A stretch of DNA of 64,000 nucleotides from contig CAWAUM010000002.1 in assembly GCA_963785235.1 (NCBI GenBank), forward strand, positions 32,001 to 96,000. The letters run 5' to 3'. Below, piece after piece: positions 20,213-30,608 of the stretch. How positions within the stretch are numbered: the stretch's first letter is position 1; the number at the start of each line of letters is the position of its first letter. The translations under genes and the position numbers were made by a program. The notes below the pieces were generated by a model. It was not told the DNA's origin and searched no databases. It saw nothing but the letters and a program-made list of their open reading frames with translations. This stretch comes from an uncultured delta proteobacterium (GTDB lineage: Bacteria > Desulfobacterota > Desulfomonilia > UBA1062).

Positions 20213-21800
20213 ATGCGCTTCGGCATTCGTGCTTCTCGGCCTGCTCATCGGGTGCGCCCACGCCCCTGTTGTTGAGAATTCACCCTATGAGACAGTACAG
20301 GATAAAAACCTTATCATGATGCTCGCACGATATGAGGAGAACCAGGGGAATTGGCCGAAGGCGTTAGAGCTGTATTCACGCATTGAAGATCCCTTTGCCT
20401 GGCTCGCAAAGGCAAGGATCTACTTCATCCTGGAAGACAGCGCTACAGCCCTTACCTCGCTTAAGAAGGTTATCGATGAAGGAACATATATCGGAGATGC
20501 CCTGGAGATGAGGACCAGGATTTTTGCCAAAGACGGCAACTGGCAAATGGCGATCCAAGATACCGAGGTCCTTATCAAAAAATACCCTGATAACATCCAG
20601 CTCAAACTGTTTCTTGCCAATCTTAAGGTCATCACGGGTGACTTCAAGCAGGCCCAGGCCATCCTCAAAGGTCTGATCGGCAAGGGTGATGACAGCATCA
20701 TTTATTACACCATATCCAAGGCGTGCATGGGGGCCAGGGACTTCACCTGCGCCAAGGAAAACTTGAAAAAGGCCATTGATGCAAGGCTTGACTTCGTACC
20801 TGCATATATTGACCTTGCCCGGCTTCAGAATCTCCTGGGCGAAAAGGCGCAGGCAGAAGAAACCTATCGCAAGCTATTAGATGTGGACCCGTTCTCCAAT
20901 GAGGCACATCTGGCCCTGGTTGACTTTTATGTTGATCACAAACGCTACAGAGACGCCATAACCCACCTGAAGTCACTCCTTGAGGTGGCCCCGGACGGCC
21001 TGCTCTTGCGAAAGCTCATTATCCTCGAACTCCAGGAAGGCATGTTTGAGGATGCCCTGATACTCATCAAAGGCCTGAAAGAGATAACCGATGATGACAA
21101 ATACTACCTATCGCTGGCCTATGCAGGCCTTGAAAAGTACGAAGACGCACTGAACATCCTCAAGGAAATCCCTGTTTCAGGAAGGTTGGGGTGCGACATC
21201 ACCATGCTCAAGTCCTCCATCCTCAAGAGCATGAACAAGACCGACCAGGCAGTGCTCCTGCTGGAATCTGCTTGGAAAAACTATGCGGATCTCGGGACCT
21301 GCAATGAGATAGGCTATCAGCTCGCCACTGAACTGGATACCGTGGGAAGGAGGGATGAAGGGTTAAAAATAGCCGAGAATCTACTCGAGAAGGATCCGCA
21401 AGACCCCATTGCATTGAACTTTATCGGTTATGTGTGGGCAGACCGTGGCGAGAACCTTGATAAGGCATATTCCATGATCAAGGCTGCCCTTGAGATGAAG
21501 CCTGACGATCCCTTCATCCTCGATTCCATGGCCTGGGTGCTTTTTAAAATGGGCAAACCTGCAGAAGCGCTTATAAAGATGGAAACGGTATTGAAGACCC
21601 TGAAAGACGACCCCATTGTGAATGAGCATATGGGAGATATCCTCAAAAGCTTAGGTCAGGCCGACAAGGCCCTCGACTATTACCTCAAGTCATCTATCCT
21701 TAACCGGTCTGTAAACAACTCCTTAAAGGAAAAGATCAACGTCCTCATCAAGAAGGATAAGAAAGACAGTGATGTGCTCAAGGAAGGGCTTCTTCCATGA
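20184..21800 (+). CDS. TPR-repeat lipoprotein
   Basis: Lipobox LIGC; multiple TPRs; ALNFIGYVWAD, ILDSMAWVLF. Confidence 0.85.
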   Translation: MTLYPQFHIRCASAFVLLGLLIGCAHAPVVENSPYETVQDKNLIMMLARYEENQGNWPKALELYSRIEDPFAWLAKARIYFILEDSATALTSLKKVIDEGTYIGDALEMRTRIFAKDGNWQMAIQDTEVLIKKYPDNIQLKLFLANLKVITGDFKQAQAILKGLIGKGDDSIIYYTISKACMGARDFTCAKENLKKAIDARLDFVPAYIDLARLQNLLGEKAQAEETYRKLLDVDPFSNEAHLALVDFYVDHKRYRDAITHLKSLLEVAPDGLLLRKLIILELQEGMFEDALILIKGLKEITDDDKYYLSLAYAGLEKYEDALNILKEIPVSGRLGCDITMLKSSILKSMNKTDQAVLLLESAWKNYADLGTCNEIGYQLATELDTVGRRDEGLKIAENLLEKDPQDPIALNFIGYVWADRGENLDKAYSMIKAALEMKPDDPFILDSMAWVLFKMGKPAEALIKMETVLKTLKDDPIVNEHMGDILKSLGQADKALDYYLKSSILNRSVNNSLKEKINVLIKKDKKDSDVLKEGLLP

Positions 21801-22822
21801 GCAACGAAGCAAGGGTCGGCATCTTTGTCGTCTTTATCCTTATCATCTTCTTTATCCTTTCCGTAAAGATCGGGGAATTAAACCTGACGAAGAAAGGGAC
21901 CTACCCGATCACCATGGCATTCTCAACGGTTGAAGGGCTCAAAAACTCCTCTATCCTAGAACTGGCAGGGGTTCAGGTCGGCAAGGTAACGGGGATTTCG
22001 CTGAACAAGGATTACTCAGCGGTAGTTTCTGTTGAACTCGATGAGGACATCAAACTCCCCATCGACTCTACGGCATCCATCGGGACAAAGGGCGTACTTG
22101 GGGATAAGATAATCATATTATCGCCCGGGGTATCAAATAATCTTATTGATCCTGGAGGGAATCTGGCCAGGACAAAGGTTCCACCATCCATGGATACTCT
22201 GCTCATACAGGTCGGCGAGCTGGCCCGCAACCTCAGTGAATTGAGTGCATCGCTCAATGAGGCCTTTGGTGATCCTGAAATAATGAAGGAAATTGTTGTC
22301 AACCTGCGCGATCTGAGCGCGAACACCTCCTCCCTTGTAGCTGATAACAAAGACAACATCACGGATATCCTGTCAAACATGAAGGATCTAACCGAGAATT
22401 TTACTGCGGTCTCCCATAACCTTACGGGCACAAGCAAGAATATCGATGAAATGGTCAGCACCATCAGCTCCGGACAGGGCTCATTGGGGAAGCTTGTTAC
22501 CGACGAGTCGCTCTACAATTCCATGGTGGATTTCATGGAGTCTGCCGAGCTGCTCATGGACCGGATGAATGGAAACGGTACACTGGGTATGCTCATGAAT
22601 GACAACACTCTCTATTACGACCTTGCCGAAACAACAAAGAACCTGAAGGTTATCACCGATGATATCGCTTCAGGCAAGGGAACCCTCGGGCATCTGATAA
22701 AAGATGACGAGGTTTATATGAACCTGAAAGAGACGCTCCATAGCGCAAACCGAGCGGCACAAGGCATTGAGGAACAAACGCCGATCACTGTAATGGGGAC
22801 GATCTTAGGCCTCGTCTGGTAA
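21797..22822 (+). CDS. MCE/MlaD family protein with long helical C-terminus
   Basis: EARVGIFV, GL...AGVQVGKV, GVLGDKII; repeated G-S/T-LG-x-L-D motifs. Confidence 0.88.
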   Translation: MSNEARVGIFVVFILIIFFILSVKIGELNLTKKGTYPITMAFSTVEGLKNSSILELAGVQVGKVTGISLNKDYSAVVSVELDEDIKLPIDSTASIGTKGVLGDKIIILSPGVSNNLIDPGGNLARTKVPPSMDTLLIQVGELARNLSELSASLNEAFGDPEIMKEIVVNLRDLSANTSSLVADNKDNITDILSNMKDLTENFTAVSHNLTGTSKNIDEMVSTISSGQGSLGKLVTDESLYNSMVDFMESAELLMDRMNGNGTLGMLMNDNTLYYDLAETTKNLKVITDDIASGKGTLGHLIKDDEVYMNLKETLHSANRAAQGIEEQTPITVMGTILGLVW

Positions 22823-22826
22823 TTAC

Positions 22827-24153
22827 ATGAACCCTGGGCTGTTTTTCCGTTGCTTGAGCCTCCTCTTATTCGTGTCCTTCCTTTTGTCTGTGCCGGTATG
22901 TGCAGGCCAGATCTATGCCGATCCTGTGTTTTCCTACGAATCGCAAATTGGTGAGCGCACTATCCACGGGTTTGGCCCAATCCTTGAATTCTCTGACCAT
23001 ATAAGGGCGCTACGGCCGTTTTACTATAACGACAGGGATACTTCGGAGACGGACATCCTCTATCCGCTGGGCCGTTTTACGAAAGAACGTGGCCTCTTCT
23101 TTCCCCTCTACAGGTATACCGACCAGGAGGAAACGGAGGACTTGAAGCACACCGAGATCTTCCCTGTATTTTATGGGAGATATAAAGATACCTCATATTG
23201 GGGCGTATTTCCTGTCTATGGAACCATGTATCACCGGTTCGGCTATACAAGGGCGCGTTTCTTTCTGCTGCCGCTCTATGCCGATACAACTCTCGATGAG
23301 AAGACCACCTACACAGTTCTCTGGCCCATTTTTTCATACAGCGAAGGGAGGCTCTTCAGGGTCTTTCCCCTCTATGGATGGAAAAAAACCGCACGATTCT
23401 ACATCCCAATATTTTCTCTGGCCATTCATCCAAAACTCCAGAGGCCCGGATGACCATAGAATGGATGCAGTCCTGCCTCTGTTCCAGTATGATCGGGGAT
23501 CAACTTACTACAATATTTCCATCCTCTGGCCGTTCTTCACCTACAACCAAGATGATCTGGCCCATCACACGAGCGTGGATTTCCCCTGGCCCCTTATCCG
23601 CATTGCATCCGGGGCATATGAAGAAATTAAGATTTTCCCGTTTTACTGGACTAATACCGATGGCAAGACATATTCCAAGAGGCACATCTTATGGCCCCTG
23701 TGGTCCAAGAGATCATGGAACTACGAAGACACAGGCACTGAAGAAGAGACTATCACCATACTCCTCATGAACTGGTTTACAAAAAAGACATTGCAAGATG
23801 GACAGATTTCAAGAAGGGTAATCCTCTGGCCATTTCTTTACACCTCCCAGGAGGGAGACCGCAGCGAGTGGCACCTCCCGTGCATCTTCCCTCTCTTTTT
23901 CGATGAAGGATTTGCACGGGTCTGGGGACCGGTTCTCAGTATTGCCGAAGGAGCCTCGGATGGGTCATCATCTGAGATGAGCATCCTCTGGCGTACAATA
24001 TATATGGAAAAGAAGGGGGATGTTCAGAGATTATCGCTGTCTTTTCTGGCTTCCACAACCCAGACACCTGCGTATCGACAGTGGGGGTTCCTTGGTAACC
24101 TGCTGAGTTTCAAGCAGGCCATCAAGAAAACTGATTCTGCCATAGGTGACTGA
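22827..24153 (+). CDS. Exported protein with aromatic-Pro repeats, frameshift near 23385
   Basis: Signal peptide; about 15 repeats of hydrophobic-(W/F/Y)-P-hydrophobic-aromatic; ORFs 22827-23453 and 23173-24153 join. Confidence 0.7.
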
Positions 24154-24323
24154 AAAACCTTAAGTACAGTCTTTTAGTGAAAGTAATTCCTCCCCTCGTT
24201 ACACCTAGCCTTTGGAGCCCTCCAACATTATGGGGTAAACACCATACTATGGTCTAATGCCCTCTGGCACAAAGGGAATGCCTTACTTTTCCAGCATCAC
24301 CCCCATTATCTTTAATAGAGAGA

Positions 24324-24389
24324 AATCAAAACATTACTTATCAGTTACTATATATACCCACCTGCGAACCACATGGCACAGTTTTCGCT
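24324..24389 (+). promoter_or_regulatory. IHF site and sigma54 promoter of gctAB
   Basis: AATCAA-AACA-TTA (24324-24336); TGGCAC-AGTTT-TCGC from 24374. Confidence 0.65.
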
Positions 24390-24431
24390 TTGTCTATGTA
24401 GATTGCAGGGAAAACAAGGGGGTAATAGTCA

Positions 24432-25520
24432 ATGAGTTCATTCCAGTATAACCAAGAGGCTCTTAATAATCTCCAGATCGAAGACACAAGCATCCTCGAC
24501 AGGCTCGTAGACTTCGAATCGGCCAGAAAAGCCCACCTCAAAAAGGAACACGCAAAGGTGGACAAGAGGATGTCTCTCAAAGATGCGATCGCAACCTTTG
24601 TGACCGATGGTGATGTCATGACTGATTCGGGGTTTGCCTATGTCAGGACACCCCACCAGGCCTTCTGGGAGATCATGCGCCAGGGAAAGAAAAACCTGCA
24701 GTGCATTGCCGCACCAAACACCAACCACAGCTTCTTGATCTTCAACAACAACTGCGATTACTCGCACAACTCCTACGTGGGTGTAGAGATGCGCGGTATT
24801 GACCGGAACTATGACCGCATGCTCAGGGAAGGCAGGGTAAAGATCCTTTCAGAGTGGAGCCACGGCGGCGTGGCCCTGGGGCTCAAGGCCGCCCAGCTCG
24901 GAACACCAGGCGTGTTCAGTAAGCAGATGCTCGGATCGGACATAGTCAAATATAATCCGTACATCCAGGTCGTGCAGAACCCTATAAGGAAAGACCCTGA
25001 CCCGGTGGTATTCATCCCGGCTCTCTATCCTGATGTATCCATAATCCACTGCCAGGTTGCTGACAAATACGGCAATGCCTACATCTACGGACCAACGGTC
25101 AATGACGTGGCCACTGCCGCTGCCGCACGTAAGCTCATAATCACGGCCGAGGAGATCGTACCCGAGTCCGATATCCGGAACAGGCAGGGGACCATCATCC
25201 CCTTCTTCTATGCGGACGCCGTGGTGGAGTTGCCCTTCGGGGCCGTTCCCGGGAACATGCCCGGCTACTACTACTGGTCCCGCCAATGGTGGGAAAAACT
25301 GATCAGGTTCGGCTGTACCAATAACGAGAACATGAAGTTATTCTTCGACGAATGGGTCCATGGCGTAAAGGATCAGTTCGAGTTCGTGGACAAGCTTGGC
25401 GGGGCAAAATGGATCGCCGAGGCGAGGATTCAGACCAAGGCGGCCGAAGGCGACCACGAAGATATAGACTTCTCATACGAAGAATACACCCGGACACATG
25501 ACTCCGGGCTTTATTACTAA
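24432..25520 (+). CDS. gctA: Glutaconate CoA-transferase-like subunit A
   Basis: DKRMSLKDAI, EWSHG, PDVSIIH..ADKYGN, ITAEEIV, PFGAVP. Confidence 0.78.
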   Translation: MSSFQYNQEALNNLQIEDTSILDRLVDFESARKAHLKKEHAKVDKRMSLKDAIATFVTDGDVMTDSGFAYVRTPHQAFWEIMRQGKKNLQCIAAPNTNHSFLIFNNNCDYSHNSYVGVEMRGIDRNYDRMLREGRVKILSEWSHGGVALGLKAAQLGTPGVFSKQMLGSDIVKYNPYIQVVQNPIRKDPDPVVFIPALYPDVSIIHCQVADKYGNAYIYGPTVNDVATAAAARKLIITAEEIVPESDIRNRQGTIIPFFYADAVVELPFGAVPGNMPGYYYWSRQWWEKLIRFGCTNNENMKLFFDEWVHGVKDQFEFVDKLGGAKWIAEARIQTKAAEGDHEDIDFSYEEYTRTHDSGLYY

Positions 25521-25534
25521 GACTGGAGGATACC

Positions 25535-26335
25535 ATGAAAGACTTAAACGCACCTGCCAACCCGCTGGAGATGCTCGGATATATCCTTGCACAGCAGATC
25601 CACGACCATCAGGTCGTCTATATCGGCACCGGGATCCCCATGATCGCCGGTATCCTGGCAAGGAAGACCCATGCCCCGAACATCACCATGGTCTATGAGT
25701 CCGGCGGCCAGGACCCCCTGCCGGCCGACCTGCCCTGGTCCGTGGGCTGTCCCTTCACCTGGCGCAAATCCCCTGTGGTCATGGAGATGGCATACTCCTT
25801 TGCCCAGTGTTACAACGGATTCATGGACATCGCCTTTCTGGGTTTTGCCCAGGTGGACATGTACGGTAACGTGAACACCCATCAGATCGGGACCGACCTC
25901 CTCCACCCAAAGGTCCGCATGACCGGTTCAGGAGGAAATAACGACCTTGCCTCACTGGCCGAAAATCTGGTTCTTGTGGGTGTCCAGACCCCTGACAAGT
26001 TCCCGGCCAAGGTTGACTTCATGACCTCGGTAGGTCACTTGACAGGCGGGAAATCACGCAAGGAGGCAGGCCTGCTAGGGAACGGTCCAGGAGTGGTCAT
26101 CTCCCAGTGCGGTGAGTTCGACTTCGAACCGGTGACCAAGCGCATGCGGGTCAAGTCGCTGCTGCCCGGGTGGACCTTTGACTTTACCCAGCAGTTCACG
26201 GGGTTCGAACTGCTGAAGCCCGAGGGCGAGATCCCGCAGACACCGGTGATCCCGGATGATATCCTGAAGCTCCTCAGGACCGAGGTGGACCCGAGGGGGC
26301 GTATTCACCACCATGCCCACGGCCTGATGGGCTAA
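25535..26335 (+). CDS. gctB: Glutaconate CoA-transferase-like subunit B (3' end probably frameshifted)
   Basis: IGTGIP, YESG (catalytic Glu), AQVDMYGNVN, GSGGNND. Confidence 0.78.
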   Translation: MKDLNAPANPLEMLGYILAQQIHDHQVVYIGTGIPMIAGILARKTHAPNITMVYESGGQDPLPADLPWSVGCPFTWRKSPVVMEMAYSFAQCYNGFMDIAFLGFAQVDMYGNVNTHQIGTDLLHPKVRMTGSGGNNDLASLAENLVLVGVQTPDKFPAKVDFMTSVGHLTGGKSRKEAGLLGNGPGVVISQCGEFDFEPVTKRMRVKSLLPGWTFDFTQQFTGFELLKPEGEIPQTPVIPDDILKLLRTEVDPRGRIHHHAHGLMG

Positions 26336-26342
26336 TAATAAC

Positions 26343-26375
26343 GGGATGCCCCCTGTAAACGAGGGCATCCCTCTT
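26343..26375 (+). terminator. Stem-loop after gctB
   Basis: GGGATGCCC...GGGCATCCC. Confidence 0.55.
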
Positions 26376-26455
26376 CATAACGCTCTTAGCCACCTTTTTT
26401 CTGCAACAGCCGGGTACCCGAGACAAGATGGTTCCCGGTTGCGGCTTTATCAGTT

Positions 26456-26953
26456 CTATTCGTACGTTACGAACCTGTCCTTCTTGGCCCCACAGACCGG
26501 ACATTCTTCAGGCAGGATGCCATCAGAGACATACCCGCAGACATCGCAGACATAATAAGTAGTCTGCCTTTCTTCAAGAACATGGTCCATGGCCTCTTTG
26601 TAGAGCTTGGCGTGGATCTCTTCCACATCGCGGGACTGGCTGAAGTAGACTGATGCGGCCCGGTCACCTACCTCTTCGGCATATTTAATGAAGTTGTCGT
26701 ATGCTATGCCCGCTACCCTTGTTTCCGACTCGAAGCTCTCGGCAAGGTTTTCCTCAGTGCTCTTGATTTCCCTCATCAGCCTAAGAGCCCTCTTTCCATG
26801 GAGTTCTTCAGAGAAGGATATTACGCGGAAGAGCTTTGCAAGCTGGGGGTACCCTTCCTGATCCGCCTTTTCTGCAAAGACCTTGAGCCTGAGGCTGGCC
26901 TTTGATTCACCGGTATATGCCTGATGCATGGCATCTTTGATCTTCTCATCCAT
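26456..26953 (-). CDS. rbr: Rubrerythrin
   Basis: AYTGES, EELH, EEIH, CDVCGY...CPVCG. Confidence 0.9.
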   Translation of the reverse strand: MDEKIKDAMHQAYTGESKASLRLKVFAEKADQEGYPQLAKLFRVISFSEELHGKRALRLMREIKSTEENLAESFESETRVAGIAYDNFIKYAEEVGDRAASVYFSQSRDVEEIHAKLYKEAMDHVLEERQTTYYVCDVCGYVSDGILPEECPVCGAKKDRFVTYE

Positions 26954-27797
26954 TGCAAACTCCTCCCATAGAATTCATTGCTCCCTGACCTGTATAGTTA
27001 TATTCCATTATTTCCTTCAGATCGATATCATTTCTTATGCCGATCCTGGTAAGGGCAAAATCATATTTAACCGGGTCCTCAGGCACGAAAGCCCGGAAGC
27101 CTTGCGTTATCTCAAGGGCCGTAGTGAGGTCAGCGGGTTTGCGTGAGGTCATTCCAAGGGCCATGCAGATCCTGTGCATATGGACATCCAAGGGTACAAT
27201 AAGTTTAGATGGAGATATTTCATCCCATCCGCCAGGATCCACTGCATCACTGCGTACCATCCACCGCAGAAAGAGGTGGAGCCTTTTGCATGCACTCCTC
27301 TTTTCCGGACAGGGGAGAAGGCTGTTTTCCTTTATGCTCAGGTGTTCCTTGATCTCTTGTACGAACAACTCAAGAGAACGGGTAATATCATGATCCTGGG
27401 GCTCATAATGCCTCAGGAAACTTTGGTGAAGGGACCCATTGACTTTGATTACCTTCTGAATGGCTATGAGGAAATCCACCATCTCTTCTCCCGTGGTGAA
27501 ACGATGTTTAAACCTAGAGAATTCTCTCTCAAGGGAAACCCTTGAGGCGCTCTCAAGAAATTTTCTCGGAGAAGGAACCATCTTGTGGAGTATGCTGGAA
27601 ACACTTTTTAAAATCTGTGCAACCCTGCCATAGGCTAAAGAAGAAGCAATGAGGCCCACGATCTCCCGGTCAGCGGTCTGTGGGTATAGCTGAAGGAATT
27701 CAAGTGGGTCCGGGTGGATGAACCCTGGCCTGTTGTAGGTAGTATAGAGTTTTTCCAGGAGACTGCCCTTCTGGGCAAATGTAAGTCTCATCTTCAT
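26946..27797 (-). CDS. TIGR02757-like protein
   Basis: FIHPDP, LAYG, SACKRLHLFLRWMVR, PLDVH, DPVKYDFAL. Confidence 0.85.
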   Translation of the reverse strand: MKMRLTFAQKGSLLEKLYTTYNRPGFIHPDPLEFLQLYPQTADREIVGLIASSLAYGRVAQILKSVSSILHKMVPSPRKFLESASRVSLEREFSRFKHRFTTGEEMVDFLIAIQKVIKVNGSLHQSFLRHYEPQDHDITRSLELFVQEIKEHLSIKENSLLPCPEKRSACKRLHLFLRWMVRSDAVDPGGWDEISPSKLIVPLDVHMHRICMALGMTSRKPADLTTALEITQGFRAFVPEDPVKYDFALTRIGIRNDIDLKEIMEYNYTGQGAMNSMGGVCNG

Positions 27798-27931
27798 TAT
27801 GGCTGCTTAAGGCCTTCTTGGGTAGCCTAATAATGCGTTGGCAGGGCAGGCCAAATAAACCTGCCCTGTCCTGGTTCAATAATTTTGGTGCGCCCCGGTA
27901 GGACTGGTGCGCTCAGGGCGTTTTGAAAACA

Positions 27932-28090
27932 TCACTCGGGCGAGAACTCACTCTTGTCCGCTCCGCATACCGGACAGGTCCAATCGTCGGGCAGCTTGTC
28001 AAAGGGCGTCCCGGCAGGGATATCCGCCTCAGGGTCGCCTTTTGACGGATCATATACATAACCACAAACACCACAAACGTATTTCTGCAT
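27932..28090 (-). CDS. rub: Rubredoxin (52 aa, not in ORF track)
   Basis: [20 protein letters not shown]...[17 protein letters not shown]. Confidence 0.95.
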   Translation of the reverse strand: MQKYVCGVCGYVYDPSKGDPEADIPAGTPFDKLPDDWTCPVCGADKSEFSPE

Positions 28091-28106
28091 CGTAACCTCC
28101 AAAAAT

Positions 28107-29325
28107 TTATTCTTTTATTTTATGGCCGGCTTTTTTTAATTTCTCAGCAACACCCTTGCCGAGTTCAAAACATTTCAGAAGGGTGTCCTTATCCGGCACA
28201 TATTTCGCCTTGATGGGATCGCTTACGAGATCGACCTTCATGTCTGAAAGGATGTCGTGCACCTGCTTGGGTGACTCACCGCTCCATCCATAGGAACCGA
28301 ATGCGGCACCTAGTAGGTTTGCCGGCCTTAATCCTTTCAGGTAGGTGAGGACGTCGGCCATTGCGGGCAACAAATTATTATTGAGCGTAGGAGAGCCTGC
28401 AATGAGTGCACCGGCATCAAGGACCTCGTAGGCCACGTCGCTGCGGTGGAACGCACTCATGGACATCATCTTCACGCTGCGAGCCCCCTGACATGAGCCC
28501 CTCCTCGATTGCCCTGGCCATATGCTCGGTGCTATGCCACATGGTCTGGTAGACGATAACGGCCTTATCGGTGGGTTTCTGCTCCGCCCAGGTCTTGTAC
28601 AGGCCGAGTATCCAGGGAAGATCCTTCCTCCAGACCGGACCATGATCAGGCGCCACGATCCGGATGTCCAACGTGGAGGCGGCAACCTTGTCTAATAACT
28701 TTAAGACAAGAGGGGAATAGGGGAGCAGGATATTGCCATAATACGTAGCGGCCTCATACTCTATGATATCCTTTTTGATTTCATCTGCAAAACGCTCACC
28801 TGTGGCCAGATGCATGCCAAAGGCATCCTGGGAAAAGAGGAGCTTATCCTCATGCAGATAGCTGAACATGCTGTCAGGCCAATGGAGCATGCGGGTTTCC
28901 ATGAAGGTGATGTTCATGTTCCCAAGGCTCAGTTTTTCGCCATCTTTAACCGGTATGATCTCATCATCTATGCTGAAGTGATCATGAAGGGCCTTGACCC
29001 CCATCTGGGAGGCAAAGACCTTCTCCGGATTCACCTCATTAATTACCTGCCCGAGGCAGCCTGAATGGTCCATCTCGGAATGGTTTGAAATGATATAATC
29101 AATCTCTTTCGGATCAATAAGCCCGGCAATACGGGCAAGCATCTCATCCTTGAATGGGGCCTTTACCGTATCGATAAGGGTTACTTTATCAGCAAGCACG
29201 AGATATGCATTGTAGGTGCTGCCTCGCTTGGTGGTGTATCCGTGGAAATCACGGATCGTCCAATCGACAGCACCAACCCAGTATACCTTATCACTGATTT
29301 GAATGGGTTTAAAAATGCCGGACAC
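28107..29325 (-). CDS. fprA: Flavodiiron protein FprA, frameshift near 28485
   Basis: [25 protein letters not shown]; flavodoxin [13 protein letters not shown]. Confidence 0.92.
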
Positions 29326-29391
29326 TTTTCTTTACTCCTTTTGATTTTTCAATTCTTAACCTGAAACATTAATCGGCTTGCAATATCATAC

Positions 29392-29766
29392 TTAACCCTT
29401 CCAGAGTCCATGGAGATTGCAATATTCCCTCGCTGTTACCTGTGCTGCATCCAGACAGAACTCTGCTTCAGGGGCATCGCCGGGTTTTAAGAATTTTCTG
29501 TAGGCCACGCCATCAGCGATGAGTTCGATCCATTCGATATAATGTTTCTCCTCCATCGGATGGGTAACACTGCCAACCTTGACCTTGAAGCCTTTGGCGG
29601 TCTTTTCAATAACCGGAACATGCTTTTCCTTTGCAGCATCAACGGTGTTTTCCTTATAGAGCTTCATGGGTTGGCCGCAGCATACGAGCTCCCCTTTGCC
29701 TTCATGGAGAACTTCAACAATATTTCCACACACCTCACACTTATATACCTCAAGCCTGCTCGTCAT
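29392..29766 (-). CDS. dfx: Desulfoferrodoxin (2Fe superoxide reductase)
   Basis: [33 protein letters not shown]. Confidence 0.95.
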   Translation of the reverse strand: MTSRLEVYKCEVCGNIVEVLHEGKGELVCCGQPMKLYKENTVDAAKEKHVPVIEKTAKGFKVKVGSVTHPMEEKHYIEWIELIADGVAYRKFLKPGDAPEAEFCLDAAQVTAREYCNLHGLWKG

Positions 29767-29791
29767 GATTCATTCCTCCTCTCATACTATT

Positions 29792-29810
29792 GATAATGGT
29801 TATCGTTATA
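29792..29810. promoter_or_regulatory. Fur/PerR-like box upstream of dfx
   Basis: GATAATGGTTATCGTTATA matches 15/19 of the Fur consensus; downstream of a minus-strand TTGACA (29832-29837). Confidence 0.55.
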
Positions 29811-30081
29811 GGTAGTTATTGAAGCTCTCCCTGTCAAGGGCAATATGGGAACCTCAGTAATTTATTATAATAACATGTTTTTAAAAAAGAATCAATCAAG
29901 GGCAATCTGCTATACGTGGTGGAAGTAGTTTATGTATTAACCATACAGTAGGCCTCTAAACCTTTTGACCTGGCACACTAATCCAAATGGGCTCAAACAC
30001 AAGATTCATAAGCAAAAGTGTCCGGCAATTTCCATATTGACAGGGGTGTCTTTGGCTGTTATGAAAGACTTCCGTTATACT

Positions 30082-30167
30082 GCCGAAGTGGTGGAATTGG
30101 CAGACACGCCATCTTGAGGGGGTGGTGGGTAACTCCCGTCCGGGTTCAAATCCCGGCTTCGGCACCA
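30082..30167 (+). tRNA. tRNA-Leu (anticodon GAG)
   Basis: GCCGAAG/CTTCGGC acceptor, CCATC-TT-GAG-GG-GGTGG arm, long variable arm, CCA. Confidence 0.96.
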
Positions 30168-30213
30168 CTTGAATTATTTTTTATACATAAAAGCAGAAAG
30201 AGAGTAGGCATCC

Positions 30214-30408
30214 ATGTCAAGACGGTGTGATATTTGTGGAAAAGGTACGCAGACAGGGCATAATGTTTCCCATGCACAGAACAAGTCCAAAAAAGTCTGG
30301 CTTCCAAATCTCCAGAAGGTGCGTGTAGATACTGCCCAGGGCGTTAAGAGCATAAGGGTATGTACACAGTGCATAAAATCCAATAAGATCCAGAAACACG
30401 CTGCCTGA
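30214..30408 (+). CDS. rpmB: 50S ribosomal protein L28 (Zn-binding form)
   Basis: [30 protein letters not shown]. Confidence 0.95.
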   Translation: MSRRCDICGKGTQTGHNVSHAQNKSKKVWLPNLQKVRVDTAQGVKSIRVCTQCIKSNKIQKHAA

Positions 30409-30608
30409 TAAGAGCCTTACCGCGCCTTTCCAGCTGACACTGTTAACCTCGAGCACCTCATGATCTAGAGGTGTGTCAGTATTTGTTGGGTTGCTATCTG
30501 CTGTTCTCATTAACATCCTAAGAATAATTCCATATTCACCTTTATAAAAATACATGCTAATGAAAAATTAAAGAATAAGACAACTGCTATGCGATGCGGA
30601 GATATGTT

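Noticed and set aside
24264-24281. TGGCAC as a second sigma54 promoter (also near 29972 and 58437)
   Set aside because: No GC at the -12 position with correct spacing
29956-30168. ORFs overlapping tRNA-Leu (and 3401-3706, 3445-3642 over tRNA-Ala)
   Set aside because: Spurious translations of tRNA genes
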